Below are positions 31,906 to 42,044 of a DNA stretch of 64,000 nucleotides, piece by piece. Within the stretch, counting starts at the first letter, position 1. Each line of letters opens with the position of its first letter. Below the pieces are notes generated by a model that worked only from the letters and a program-made list of their open reading frames with translations, was not told the origin of the DNA and ran no database searches. Position numbers and translations under genes: made by a program. The stretch is from NCBI GenBank assembly GCA_023334545.1, contig JAADVB010000071.1:9296-73295 (forward strand). The letters are read 5' to 3'. Origin of the DNA: Salisapilia sapeloensis CBS 127946 (Eukaryota > Protista > Oomycota).

Positions 31906-34545
31906 CTATTGCTGCGCACATTCCGACGAGTGCTCTGCCTCTGGCTCTTGCTCCTGCACTCGTCGTCGTAGCTCATCTCGTTCTTTCTTGATACGTTGGT
32001 AGATGCTCCACGCTTCTTTCGTCATTTTCACTTTTTCCAGCTTATTAATCCGAAGTCGTTGCGCCTCGATCAGTTCCTCCATCTCGTGCATCTTTCTCGT
32101 TTCTTCCTCTTGAGACGATAGAAGAGCTTCCAACTGTCGACATCGTTCATCACTTTCCTCCAACTGATGCTGACTGTCTTCCAACTGAGCTTGTAGATCT
32201 TGATCGGAAGACGCCTGGTCTTTCGCATACAACTCCTGTAGCTGATACTTCATCTCGTCCTTTTCTTCCAGAGCATACGCTAGCTTCTCCTCCACCTTGT
32301 TCTTCTCTAAACGCACGCCTTGTAGCTCTTGCTCGAGCATCTCCTTCTCGCTCGTGACGATGTACAATTGTTCCTGTGCACCCTTCACTTCCTCACGACT
32401 GTCCTGCAGCTCCGACTGAACAGACGATAGCATCTCTTTATACGACGCCACGTCTTTCTCTAGGCTCTCCTTCTCCTCGTTCGTCCACGTCGAGCTCTGG
32501 TCTTCCGATATCCCATCCAGCATCTTCTTCCCTCGTGTTCCTTGCCTTAAAAGCGCCTGCTGCACCTCTTTCTTGAGCTCCTCTGCCTCTTGGTTCTTGG
32601 TATCCAAAAGCTGCTTCAACGTCTCCTTCTCCCTCTTCTCTCTCTCCACTTCTTCCGACGGCAAGTCGATCACTTCCCCTCGTACCATCTTCCTCAACTC
32701 TTCATTTTCCTTTTCTTTCTCGATGAATTGTCCCTGTAACGTCTGTAGCTCTTCCATGACTTCAGCTAATTCCGTACGAACGTTCTCTTTCATACGTTCC
32801 ACTTGACTCTGCGCCGATAGCTTTTCACAGATTGCTGTCTGTTTTTCCATCGCTAGTTCCTGTACACGACGTTTTAATACCGATTCGTCATGATCTTCTA
32901 ATTGCATCTGTAGCAACTGATTGTCATGCTCAAGCTGCTCGCATAGTTGCCATGCACGACCTAATGCACGAAGGTTACGCAGCACTTCGGTCACGCGTTT
33001 ATACTCGACGGAAAAGCTTTCAGGATCTACGGATGGGAATTCTTCAGATAAGAAACTGTCGTTCCCTTCGTCTGATGACAAGCTCATGTCCTTTCCATAG
33101 TGTGCGACGGCAGCTTCGATCATTTCTAAGAGTAATTCGGAGCGAGACTTCTTTGCATAGTTACGAGAAGAAGACAGCTTCTTCCCTCGACGTGACGTGA
33201 CGTGACTGAATTCAGACGCAGCGATGTTCACGTCAATCGTCATCGGATCATTCTCCTTATCCGCCACATCTTTCTTGGCATGCATTGGCGATAACGACAG
33301 TCGACGACGTTTACTCGGTTGTTTCCACTCACCCAACAACTTTCCCAGCACCTGTGTCATCTCTTGCTTGCGTTTTCCATGATCCTTCAACGCTTGTTTC
33401 AATTCTTCCAACTCATTCCCTTCCTTTGTACTCACTTCATTCACATGCACAGACGTCTGGACGCTCTTGGCACGAGACGCGAACTGTAACGTACTTCTCG
33501 TCTCGTCTTCATATCGACTCGACGGTGTCACACAGCAGATGATCAGCGTACGCGTATTCCCACCGAGTGAAGGCTGGAGTAGTCGTGTCAGCTTCGAGTC
33601 TCGATACGGTGGAGCTGATGTGGAACCGCTTGGAGGAGCGGCTGGAAGTGCGCTGTCTGGTTGATGCAGCTGTAGGATCTGTTGCTGTAGGTATTGAGCA
33701 TGCCGACTGCGTGCTGCGAGCGAGTGGATGACTCGAGATAGTGTCAACAAGGACCGATTGATACTACCAGCTTCCCGTTGTCGCTTGCCTTCTGCATTCG
33801 TATGTCTTACACTCTCGGATCCAGCCAGATCCACCAGGTTTAAGACTGCCACTAGCTTTTTTGACGGCGTATTCTCTTCGTCCTCGACCTTGGGTGAGCT
33901 TTCAATGTATAACCGACAGATTGTGTGCGAACGAGAACTTCGGTCGTTCATTTTAGTGGCACTAATCGCTCTTCTTTCTTTTCCACGTTCCAGGAGCTCA
34001 TATAGATCTTCTGGCGTGTGAATGTCATGCTCTTTGCACTCGAGAAAGACTCCTTTCACCGGATCCTCTCGTATTTTAATGACATTTGGCTCCTCTTCTT
34101 CACCAAACAGGTCATGAATGACCTCATTGTATATCTCGGCAAACGAAGCACGTAATGTATACTCTCGCGTTTCATCATTCTTCATGTAAGAAAAGAGTTC
34201 GGCGATCGATAGCTGCAATATCCCGCGTTCACCAAACGTATCGTCGCCGTGCATCGTAAATGTCTTGCCACTAGATGTCTGTCCGTAGGCAAAGATCGTG
34301 CCATTGATACCGGCTAAAGCAGATTGGATGATCCGCTGTGCGCTTTCCGCATAGATCGTGTCGGTGGCAACGTCTGCTGCGAACACGACGTCATAGAGGT
34401 ACCTATTGCCATGCAAAGCTATTTGTCGTGCGTGGGAGACCTCGAGGACGTTCGAGTCGCCTTGCGCTGTCTCTCGCTCGTTTAGCGGTCGCACACGTAC
34501 GCAGACAGAGACGTTCTCGGCACCGCCCGCCTCCATTCTTGCCAT
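31906..34545 (-). CDS. Kinesin-7 (CENP-E-like) motor protein
   Basis: VCVRVRPL, GINGTIFAYGQTSSGKTFTM, NDRSSRSH, LVDLAGSE, RDSKLTRLLQPSLGGN, then a long coiled coil. Confidence 0.88.
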   Translation of the reverse strand: MARMEAGGAENVSVCVRVRPLNERETAQGDSNVLEVSHARQIALHGNRYLYDVVFAADVATDTIYAESAQRIIQSALAGINGTIFAYGQTSSGKTFTMHGDDTFGERGILQLSIAELFSYMKNDETREYTLRASFAEIYNEVIHDLFGEEEEPNVIKIREDPVKGVFLECKEHDIHTPEDLYELLERGKERRAISATKMNDRSSRSHTICRLYIESSPKVEDEENTPSKKLVAVLNLVDLAGSESVRHTNAEGKRQREAGSINRSLLTLSRVIHSLAARSRHAQYLQQQILQLHQPDSALPAAPPSGSTSAPPYRDSKLTRLLQPSLGGNTRTLIICCVTPSSRYEDETRSTLQFASRAKSVQTSVHVNEVSTKEGNELEELKQALKDHGKRKQEMTQVLGKLLGEWKQPSKRRRLSLSPMHAKKDVADKENDPMTIDVNIAASEFSHVTSRRGKKLSSSRNYAKKSRSELLLEMIEAAVAHYGKDMSLSSDEGNDSFLSEEFPSVDPESFSVEYKRVTEVLRNLRALGRAWQLCEQLEHDNQLLQMQLEDHDESVLKRRVQELAMEKQTAICEKLSAQSQVERMKENVRTELAEVMEELQTLQGQFIEKEKENEELRKMVRGEVIDLPSEEVEREKREKETLKQLLDTKNQEAEELKKEVQQALLRQGTRGKKMLDGISEDQSSTWTNEEKESLEKDVASYKEMLSSVQSELQDSREEVKGAQEQLYIVTSEKEMLEQELQGVRLEKNKVEEKLAYALEEKDEMKYQLQELYAKDQASSDQDLQAQLEDSQHQLEESDERCRQLEALLSSQEEETRKMHEMEELIEAQRLRINKLEKVKMTKEAWSIYQRIKKERDELRRRVQEQEPEAEHSSECAQQ

Positions 34546-34602
34546 TGCTGTGTTTATCTTGATGTTTGTATGCAAAGACGCGAGAAAATTTAGGCGGGAA
34601 AC

Positions 34603-35019
34603 TCAACTTGTATTCTTTTGTTTATTCTTTTTCTTTCGCCGTTTCGCCTTGGCGTTTTTCGCGTGGCTGCGTGCCTCTTGCTCCCGAAGTTGTCGCAGTA
34701 GCTCGTCGTGCGCGCTCTCTGGCTTTTTCCGTTTTCGACTTGATACTTGCCCCTTGGATTGGTCTACCGCATCATTATCCGTTGGAATGGCTTCGGTCGT
34801 GTCTTCCACCTCGGATTTCTTTGTTAACTTCCGTCGGAGCTTCTTTTCTTCTGGCGTTAGATCTTGGCCAGTTGGCACCGAATCCTGGCGTGCGGGCTTA
34901 TAGAGCTGGACTTGCGTGGTTTTTTTCTTCTCCTGATTTTCCACCTCCTCCTCTACTTGGAACCAGGCATTGACAACGTCCAAGGCATTAGCCTTGAATG
35001 TTAATTCGTCCTCCTCCAT
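34603..35019 (-). CDS. Small Lys-rich hypothetical protein (possibly nucleolar)
   Basis: MEEDELTFKANALDVVNAWF... ending in a KRRKKKNKQK basic tail; 138 codons. Confidence 0.55.
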   Translation of the reverse strand: MEEDELTFKANALDVVNAWFQVEEEVENQEKKKTTQVQLYKPARQDSVPTGQDLTPEEKKLRRKLTKKSEVEDTTEAIPTDNDAVDQSKGQVSSRKRKKPESAHDELLRQLREQEARSHAKNAKAKRRKKKNKQKNTS

Positions 35020-35259
35020 TCGCCAACGTCGGGACGAATTAGTTGATCCATATTGTCTGCATCTGATCCCCGGCCCGTGCAACCGTTCTTTTGTCACCCA
35101 CTGTACATGCCTCGTTTACGAGACATGCGCAAAATGGCCAATGAATGGCCGGCACCACGTCTCATGTGCTCTGGAATCCAGGCAATAAATCGAGATTTTC
35201 GCCTCCCCTTCGAAAAACTGATTTAAAGAGCGTGTGAATAACTAAACCGCGAACGCGAC

Positions 35260-36132
35260 TTGACGGACGCACGACACTTGCAGTCCCTTCGCTCCGTTCG
35301 GCACCAAGGTGCTCATTCCAGCTTTCGCAGTCGTATGGGGTGCAGCAACAACGGCGGAATGAATGCCAATGGCTCCCGCGATCTCCGCATCACTGGCGTG
35401 TCGCGTCGGGAAGGCTGTTGGCAATACCACATCGACGTCCTGGATGCGCGATCCTGCCGGCAACTGCGCTCACCGTCTATGGAATCCGTCGGGAGTAACT
35501 CGTACAGTGAAGGAAATCATGAAGCCATGCCGCCTGTTGTCCGATATTCCGTCATGCGCCGATATAATGACTTTCGCGTCTTGCATGAAGGTTTAGTAAT
35601 GCAATATGGTGTCGAGAAAATGCAAGAGCTGCCAGCATTTCCGGAAGGCGGATTCCTATCCTACTTGAGAGCACATGATACCAAGTTGCTGCAATATCGT
35701 CAGCACCAACTGAACAAGTACATTCGCGCAGTCGATGACAACTGCGACCTGCACGCCAGCACGCAATTCGTCGAGTTCCTCCAACCGGACGCCACGGACC
35801 GAGCAGCCGACTGCCTCAGTCTCATGAGCAGCGCTAGTCAGCCGCACTCGTGGCATTCAATGGAGAAACTGGACCTCGCGTCGAGTGACAGCGGCCAGAA
35901 TGGCGGCTACGTCTCTCTCTCCTATATTAAATCACCGGACATTTCTTTCACCTTGCCGTCGAAGGAGGCAAAGTCCCCGGTGCTCAACTTTTTAAGCCAA
36001 AGCGGTAGTCATGTCAGTGACGACGCAGACGAGTCGGATTCTGACGATGAAAACGATGAAGTCCAAGGCACGCGGTATCGTCGAGAGCTTCGGAAGCTAT
36101 TTTCCTTCAGCTCGCGGCAAGATTCGTCGTAA
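35260..36132 (+). CDS. PX (Phox homology) domain protein; start uncertain
   Basis: YSVMRRYNDFRVLHEGL..LPAFP..LQYRQHQLNKYIRAV..FVEFL. Confidence 0.75.
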   Translation: MTDARHLQSLRSVRHQGAHSSFRSRMGCSNNGGMNANGSRDLRITGVSRREGCWQYHIDVLDARSCRQLRSPSMESVGSNSYSEGNHEAMPPVVRYSVMRRYNDFRVLHEGLVMQYGVEKMQELPAFPEGGFLSYLRAHDTKLLQYRQHQLNKYIRAVDDNCDLHASTQFVEFLQPDATDRAADCLSLMSSASQPHSWHSMEKLDLASSDSGQNGGYVSLSYIKSPDISFTLPSKEAKSPVLNFLSQSGSHVSDDADESDSDDENDEVQGTRYRRELRKLFSFSSRQDSS

Positions 36133-36387
36133 CGCAGTATATAAATATTTTTGGCCGCTTTTCTTTTCTTTGGCACTACTCTTTCTGTCATTTGTGTGGA
36201 AATGTCTCGTATTATGGCAACGACAGCTATCGCTTGAAAAGGAGCACGGACTGTCTTCCACTTGACCACTTGATTGCCGACTCCAACCTACCTGCTTCCT
36301 AGTATCCGTTTGCTCTATACTAACGTCAAGTCAATACAACCAAGTGGAGCCACAAGTGACATCAGAGAAATCAATTTCAATTAACCA

Positions 36388-37721
36388 ATGGAACGATCAA
36401 GTCGTCGGAGTGCAGCGAAGCGAAATGCTCCTGCGACAACGTCCAGGTCAAGGAGGCAGCGAGAAGATTCTGATGAACAGGCTCCTCCGACGAAACAGCC
36501 TCGTAGCAGCGGTCGTACCACTCGCAAGTCATCAAAGGAAATGAGTGACAATGAACAATCGGATAAAGTGGATGAGGATCGCTCGAAGCCATCGACGCCA
36601 CAACGACAGACACGGAGTAGCAGGCGCGACCGGTCTTCGTCAATAAACTCCAATACATCGTCCAGTGCTTCTGACCATCGAAAGCCACCTGCAGATGACC
36701 AGGATGACCAGGATAACGGAAATGAAGAGGAGGAAGAGAAGGAGGAGGAGACGTCCCAGTCGTCGGAAGAAAAGCTACAAGAGCTAGAGCAAAAGAAACG
36801 CATGCTTGAGGAAGGCACTTTGTCTGAGTACTGTCGTCGAGTGGCTGAGTTCAAGGAAAATCGAGATCGGTTGTTGGCACTCGCCGAGCGTCACAAGTCC
36901 CTCCAGGTGCGGAATATCCAAGACCTGCATGACTTTAGCGTCCAGCGAGCACATCATCTCTACCAAGTAGTTCCATGCATCTTCATTACTATCGATAGTC
37001 ACTAATACGTAGTTGTAGGACGGGAAGGAAGAGGTGAAGAAGGAGATGATGCAGCGATTTGATGTGTTGCTGGACAAGTGCACAAAGGAGATACAGGCGT
37101 TGGATAAGAGTGCTGAAGCAAGTAAAGCGACGAGCAAGGACGAGTCGAAAGCGTCGGAAGAATTAAAAGACGGACACACGGACGAGTCGAATGGGACGGA
37201 CGGAGAAGCTCCGACCAGTCCGGAGCTTCCGGAGGAGTCCGTCCGTCTCCAAGTCAACGACGTCACTTCCGATCTAGCCAGTATCCTACAGACAAGGGAA
37301 GAATGCGCCAAAGATGCCACTTCTTCCGTGCCGAAACCCACACTCGGTATGCTCCTACATCTTACTCTATCTTTTTGTATACTCAAGGATGGATAGAACC
37401 AGTCCGCTGCGATCATAAGCGTCTGGTGTGTGGCAAGTACATTTACGAATACGGGGATGAAGTCGTCTTGTCCTCTCCGCTGCTGCAAGAGAGTTACGTC
37501 GGCTGTGTATCATCCGTCGCATCAGACGCTGTACGTCTACTTCCTTCCTGATATTCCAAAGTACATACTCACATTTTACGTAGCTGTACATTCACTTATC
37601 TTCCGGACAAAAAGTTCGCATCTATCTGGATCTACTACGCACGCGACGTTGTGTCTTGACTCCATTCCTTCGAGGGGCTGCGTCCACTGGCAACCTACAG
37701 GCGAACGGGTGGGCGTTCTAG
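36388..37721 (+). CDS. Sds3/BRMS1-like Sin3-HDAC complex subunit, about 4 exons
   Basis: Low-complexity N-terminus, coiled coil MLEEGTLSEYCRRVAEFKENRDR, C-terminal LYIHLSSGQKVRIYLDLL similar to the SDS3 C-terminus; introns at about 36967-37018, 37347-37389 and 37532-37582. Confidence 0.68.
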
Positions 37722-37808
37722 GCATAGATAACAGCTCTTTCTTGTTGCCTTTGATTGCATAAGATAATGTCAAGCGACTTGAAACTAACTTGAAACTATT
37801 TTCTTTTC

Positions 37809-38138
37809 TTATTCATCCATATTGACTCGAGGAGGGAGCGACACTGCTACTGTACGATCCTTGTCTTCGGAGGAAAGGTTCGAGATCACTAGTGTGCGAG
37901 CAGACGTTTCCAGACGGACGACTGGTGCACTTGCCACGGATTCATTCTCACCATCCTCTTCGCTCGGTGTCTTCTCGTCCTCCCCTTCGTGAAGTCGACT
38001 GAGGGAAGACGCGTGCGAAACGATGGACGTGAAAAACCCACTCGTGTGCATACGCGCAGTATCAGCAAGAGATCCCTCTGCTTTCAGGCACAAACCCTGG
38101 CTGTCCGTGACCACAACACCTTGTACGTCGTCGCTCAT
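37809..38138 (-). CDS. LAMTOR5: Ragulator subunit LAMTOR5 (HBXIP)-like roadblock protein
   Basis: VQGVVVTDSQGLCL..G..SGFFTSIVSHASSL..PVVRLETS..TVAVS parallels human LAMTOR5; a short upstream exon is possible. Confidence 0.75.
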   Translation of the reverse strand: MSDDVQGVVVTDSQGLCLKAEGSLADTARMHTSGFFTSIVSHASSLSRLHEGEDEKTPSEEDGENESVASAPVVRLETSARTLVISNLSSEDKDRTVAVSLPPRVNMDE

Positions 38139-38339
38139 TCTTCTCTTCGTGCTATTTGTCGCTAAGATTTCGATTTGCAGCTCTTTTCCCACAAAATGCC
38201 ATACTCTAATGAAAGCAAAAGGAAAGACTCCTCGTATGGAAACCTGGACTAGATGACCGGCTTCATGCAGCGTACATTTCGCCACGTTTCATATTCGTTC
38301 TGGGGATCGATATAGGTAGGAAATAGTATGCGTACGCTC

Positions 38340-39350
38340 TCAACTAACTGAATGTGTATACGAATTAAACGCGCTGGTAACTTGTACGATCACATTACCG
38401 ATTTGGTTAGTCGTTGAAGATGCACCTGTACAAGCGTTCGTTTTTCCCTCCCTCTTCCGTCCTTGACTTTTCCGACTCGCTGCACGAATACAGTACATGG
38501 CTTTGAGCCAACGTAGCGCCTTCGATATCTTTGCTCGACTTCCCATTCGTCTCAAATCCCATGATATCGGTATTTGTAGGTATCGACAACTAGAACCATT
38601 TAGCTTGGATATGAGCTGCTTGATTTCTTATGATTTTCGTCCATCTTTAACTACCGGCTACACAATGACGTTCGAGGGAAGAGAAGCGACGAAACGAGCA
38701 TAAATGCTTCATGTGTGTCAAAGCAGCGATGGTAAGTCTACGATGCGTGTGAAGTTTGTACATGCGTTGGTAAAAGTAGAAATTGCAAACGTATGGGGTA
38801 TGTCTCGACACGTCGTCCTTGACAACTCCGTATCAGTCGCCAGCGCCTCTCCCTTTTCGAGCTGTACCATTTAAGTCGAGCCCACTTGTGCGACATGATC
38901 AGCCATGGTGCGCGGCAAGAAAGTCTCGCGAAATGTTTACTAAAAGCATTACCTTTAATAGTAAAAACTAGCTACTTTCGGTACATCGATGCTTGCTTCG
39001 TAGTTGCTGGCGTGCCATTTCTAATCTGATAAATGGATCGTTTAGACTCTTAATCTTATCACGATGTGCATGCTCTGACGCATAAAGGTTCTGCATTCCT
39101 ACGGTAAATGGCGTTTCCACATCTATCGGAGCAAGACACTTGCATGCTACGGACGGGAAAGAAGTAATCAGAGAGAAGCACTTGATTTCTTTGCGCGTCG
39201 AGCACAAGACGGAGACGAGCCTAGTGTCGCTCTTTGCAGCGTCCTTTTTCTCGACCAAAGTCGACCCACCTGCCACACAGTCTAAGTTACACATTTATGA
39301 CTTGATGGACTGCGATCGTGATCAGTGGGACCTTATCGATTTTTTCGCTC
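38340..39350 (-). CDS. Probable intron-rich hypothetical gene (structure unresolved)
   Basis: Short ORFs 38968-39294 and 38340-38555 with splice-like signals, in a slot between compact neighbours; no family recognised. Confidence 0.25.
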
Positions 39351-39478
39351 ATGATGGCACCATTTTACTTTTCCCGGGCATGGCGCAAGCCTTTTCACGC
39401 ACCTAACTGCTTGGCAATCCGCATTTTACTTCCCACCACCCACTGTCCATTCCCCACTTGTACGACCGGGTATACACC

Positions 39479-40711
39479 ATGAGCCGTCCCTTGCCACAAG
39501 ATCGACCAATTACCACGTCAGCGACACCCGACGAGCATCAAGTCTGTGAACGGTCTGAGGGCAATATCAAGGTCGACGTGACCAATTATGAATGGTCCTA
39601 TCAGCCGACGATGCACGTCACCCAATTCCTGCCGCAACTGTCGCTGCAATGTCTATGCCAACCAGAGGCCATGAGCAACATCACGCACCAGCTCATGCAG
39701 CTCGGGTTCGACACGCCAGAGTCCATTGCACTGGCAAAGCCAAATGAACTTGCCCACGCTGGTATCACCAACCAAAACGACCAGTCCACCTTGCTCTCTT
39801 ACGCACGGCAGCACGAGCAGCAAGTTGCCGAGATGAACCGCAGCCAAAGAGACGGAGCCTCGACAATCTCCCACTGGTTGCACGGCTGCGGCATACCTCT
39901 TAATGCGTGCTATGAATACTCGGAGGCACTACGTCGTCTCAACTACTGCGATCCACTGGACTTATGGTCACTCCAACACGATCGTGAAGCCCTCATGTGC
40001 TTTCGACATGGCCACGCTCGCCTCGTGGCCTGTCGAGTGGCATCGCTCGATTATCCACAGGAGCCTATTTACGACGTTGGATCGACCCAAACATCATTGC
40101 AACCGGTAGACTTGCACGCATCTGTATTGCATGAGTTCGACAATGAGCTCGACGATAAGCTGGTGGATGCGTTCCTACACCAAATGCCAACAGTGTCTTA
40201 TGCACGAAGCAGTAACTCTGCGTCCGAGACGGCGTATGCACCAGGATCAAACGTCCCAATGGAAATTATCTACCTCATCGACGAAGCCGTGAATCAAGCG
40301 CATCCAAACCCATGCCGTAACCGTCAGAAGATTCAATGGAAAGCGCTATCTAATGGCAAGATGAAAGGATCTCAATTTGCACCTCTGACGCAGTACACAG
40401 CGGAAGAGTTGGAAAGTGCGTACCGGCAAACTCGACCGAGTGGACGCGATTGCCGTGGTGGGTCGACCTTCTGGAGCACCGAGAATCGTCTGCTCTTGTA
40501 CAACGCAGTTGAAGACCCTCGTTGCAGGCATCTCGGAAAAGTGTGTTGGGAAATGATTGCTAATGGCGACACAGGCGTGAAAGAGTACGAACCTCTGCGT
40601 CATTTCAGTGCCTCCCAACTACGTTCTCGCCATCGCTCTCTCTGGGGGGACAAACGTCCCCAGCGTCTACGTGAACAGAAAGCGGCCAAGCGACGAAAGA
40701 CGTCTAGTTGA
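39479..40711 (+). CDS. Hypothetical protein with two SAM-like and two Myb/SANT-like segments
   Basis: QLGFDTPESIALAKPNELAHAGIT and WLHGCGIP..YSEALRRLNYCDPLDL (SAM-like); FWSTENRLLLYNAV..VCWEMIA..SASQLRSRHRSL (Myb-like). Confidence 0.55.
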   Translation: MSRPLPQDRPITTSATPDEHQVCERSEGNIKVDVTNYEWSYQPTMHVTQFLPQLSLQCLCQPEAMSNITHQLMQLGFDTPESIALAKPNELAHAGITNQNDQSTLLSYARQHEQQVAEMNRSQRDGASTISHWLHGCGIPLNACYEYSEALRRLNYCDPLDLWSLQHDREALMCFRHGHARLVACRVASLDYPQEPIYDVGSTQTSLQPVDLHASVLHEFDNELDDKLVDAFLHQMPTVSYARSSNSASETAYAPGSNVPMEIIYLIDEAVNQAHPNPCRNRQKIQWKALSNGKMKGSQFAPLTQYTAEELESAYRQTRPSGRDCRGGSTFWSTENRLLLYNAVEDPRCRHLGKVCWEMIANGDTGVKEYEPLRHFSASQLRSRHRSLWGDKRPQRLREQKAAKRRKTSS

Positions 40712-40784
40712 TAAAGTGCTTGTATTTTTAAATCAAAGACGGCAACGAGTCCATTTTCATTTGTTATCATGCTCCATGAGATAC

Positions 40785-42044
40785 TCATCGACCATCCTTT
40801 TCATGCGTCTTCTTATGACGAGCAAAGTTACTCACTTGTGTAAACTTCTTTTCACAACCTTCAAAAGGACACACGTACGGTTGGAAGCCTGCGTGCATCC
40901 AAATGTGTTCTTTTAAAGACACAGAGTGCGCGAACTTCTTGCCACAGCCGTCGTAATGGCAAGCATATGGCTTGACACCAGCATGAGTACGTTCGTGAGC
41001 ACGTAGATTCGAGCTATGTGCATATCGTTTCGTGCAACCTTCGTACGAACACTCGTACGGTTTTTCCCCCGTATGTGTCCGAATGTGGTTCTGCAGCTCC
41101 GATCGACCACGAAACTGCTTTTGACAGTGCGGACACTCGTGCTTTTTACTCGGCTGAACACGCGACTTGGTCACTTTCGGCTTCGAGTACATCTCCACTT
41201 GCTCCAAGAATTTGGACTGCATCTCGTTCGAAGACAATTGCGCTAGTCGAGCAGTGGACATGCCACGAGACGGCTCGTGCGTACGCTTCGTACCGGTGTT
41301 CGGCAAACTCTCAGATGTAGACAGCAAGTCCGTTTGTAAATTCGAGTTACTAAGGTTGCGAATGTACCCGTCGAGCTCACGCATGGCATCGTGGACGTAA
41401 TCTGCGATGGCCCAGACTGTGTTTTCATGCATCAGACCAAGGTCGAAAGCGTACCCGTCGTCATCAATCTCGCGTACCATATCTGGCTGGTACTTGCTGA
41501 TGACATCCATCAGTCCACGCAAGTATTGCGACGGCAACAAGGTAATTTTCTGCACTAGCAATTGCTTTTCGCCGAATGGCATCGGCTGCACGCCAGTTGG
41601 GTACACATATTCTCCCGTCGATGCATCCCGTACTTTGCCATTAGAAGTGGCCGTTTCACTGTTCACATGAGGTCTTCTGTGGGTATCCATATCATCTTCA
41701 TCTTCCGTATGCGTCGCCTCGGACTCGTTCGATTCATGGACAGATGGGGCTTTGGCATTCGTCTGGCCGATCGTCGACGGTAGTAGCGACCCGATGGAAA
41801 ATTGGCTACTAGTGCGCTTGTCCAGGACGGCGCTCATGGACGGCATCGGGCCCAAGTTCGATACGTGCGCATCCGAATCGTTAAACGACGTGTTCCAAGA
41901 AGCTTCCTTAGTCATGGACGGTGTGAAGGATGGGAACGACGAGGCTGGTGGTAACGGCGCCGGCGTCGTCTCAGCGTTGGCGTCAACACGCCGGCGTTTC
42001 ATCGGTGGTGTATTAGAAGGGTAGGGAGCGGTCTCGGTGCTCAT
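40785..42044 (-). CDS. ET (extra-terminal) domain + four C2H2 zinc-finger transcription factor
   Basis: Four canonical fingers with TGEKP/AGVKP/AGFQP linkers; PMPFGEKQLLVQKITLLP..LRGLMDVI..AFDLGLMHENTVWAIADYV aligns by eye to the BET ET domain. Confidence 0.85.
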   Translation of the reverse strand: MSTETAPYPSNTPPMKRRRVDANAETTPAPLPPASSFPSFTPSMTKEASWNTSFNDSDAHVSNLGPMPSMSAVLDKRTSSQFSIGSLLPSTIGQTNAKAPSVHESNESEATHTEDEDDMDTHRRPHVNSETATSNGKVRDASTGEYVYPTGVQPMPFGEKQLLVQKITLLPSQYLRGLMDVISKYQPDMVREIDDDGYAFDLGLMHENTVWAIADYVHDAMRELDGYIRNLSNSNLQTDLLSTSESLPNTGTKRTHEPSRGMSTARLAQLSSNEMQSKFLEQVEMYSKPKVTKSRVQPSKKHECPHCQKQFRGRSELQNHIRTHTGEKPYECSYEGCTKRYAHSSNLRAHERTHAGVKPYACHYDGCGKKFAHSVSLKEHIWMHAGFQPYVCPFEGCEKKFTQVSNFARHKKTHEKDGR

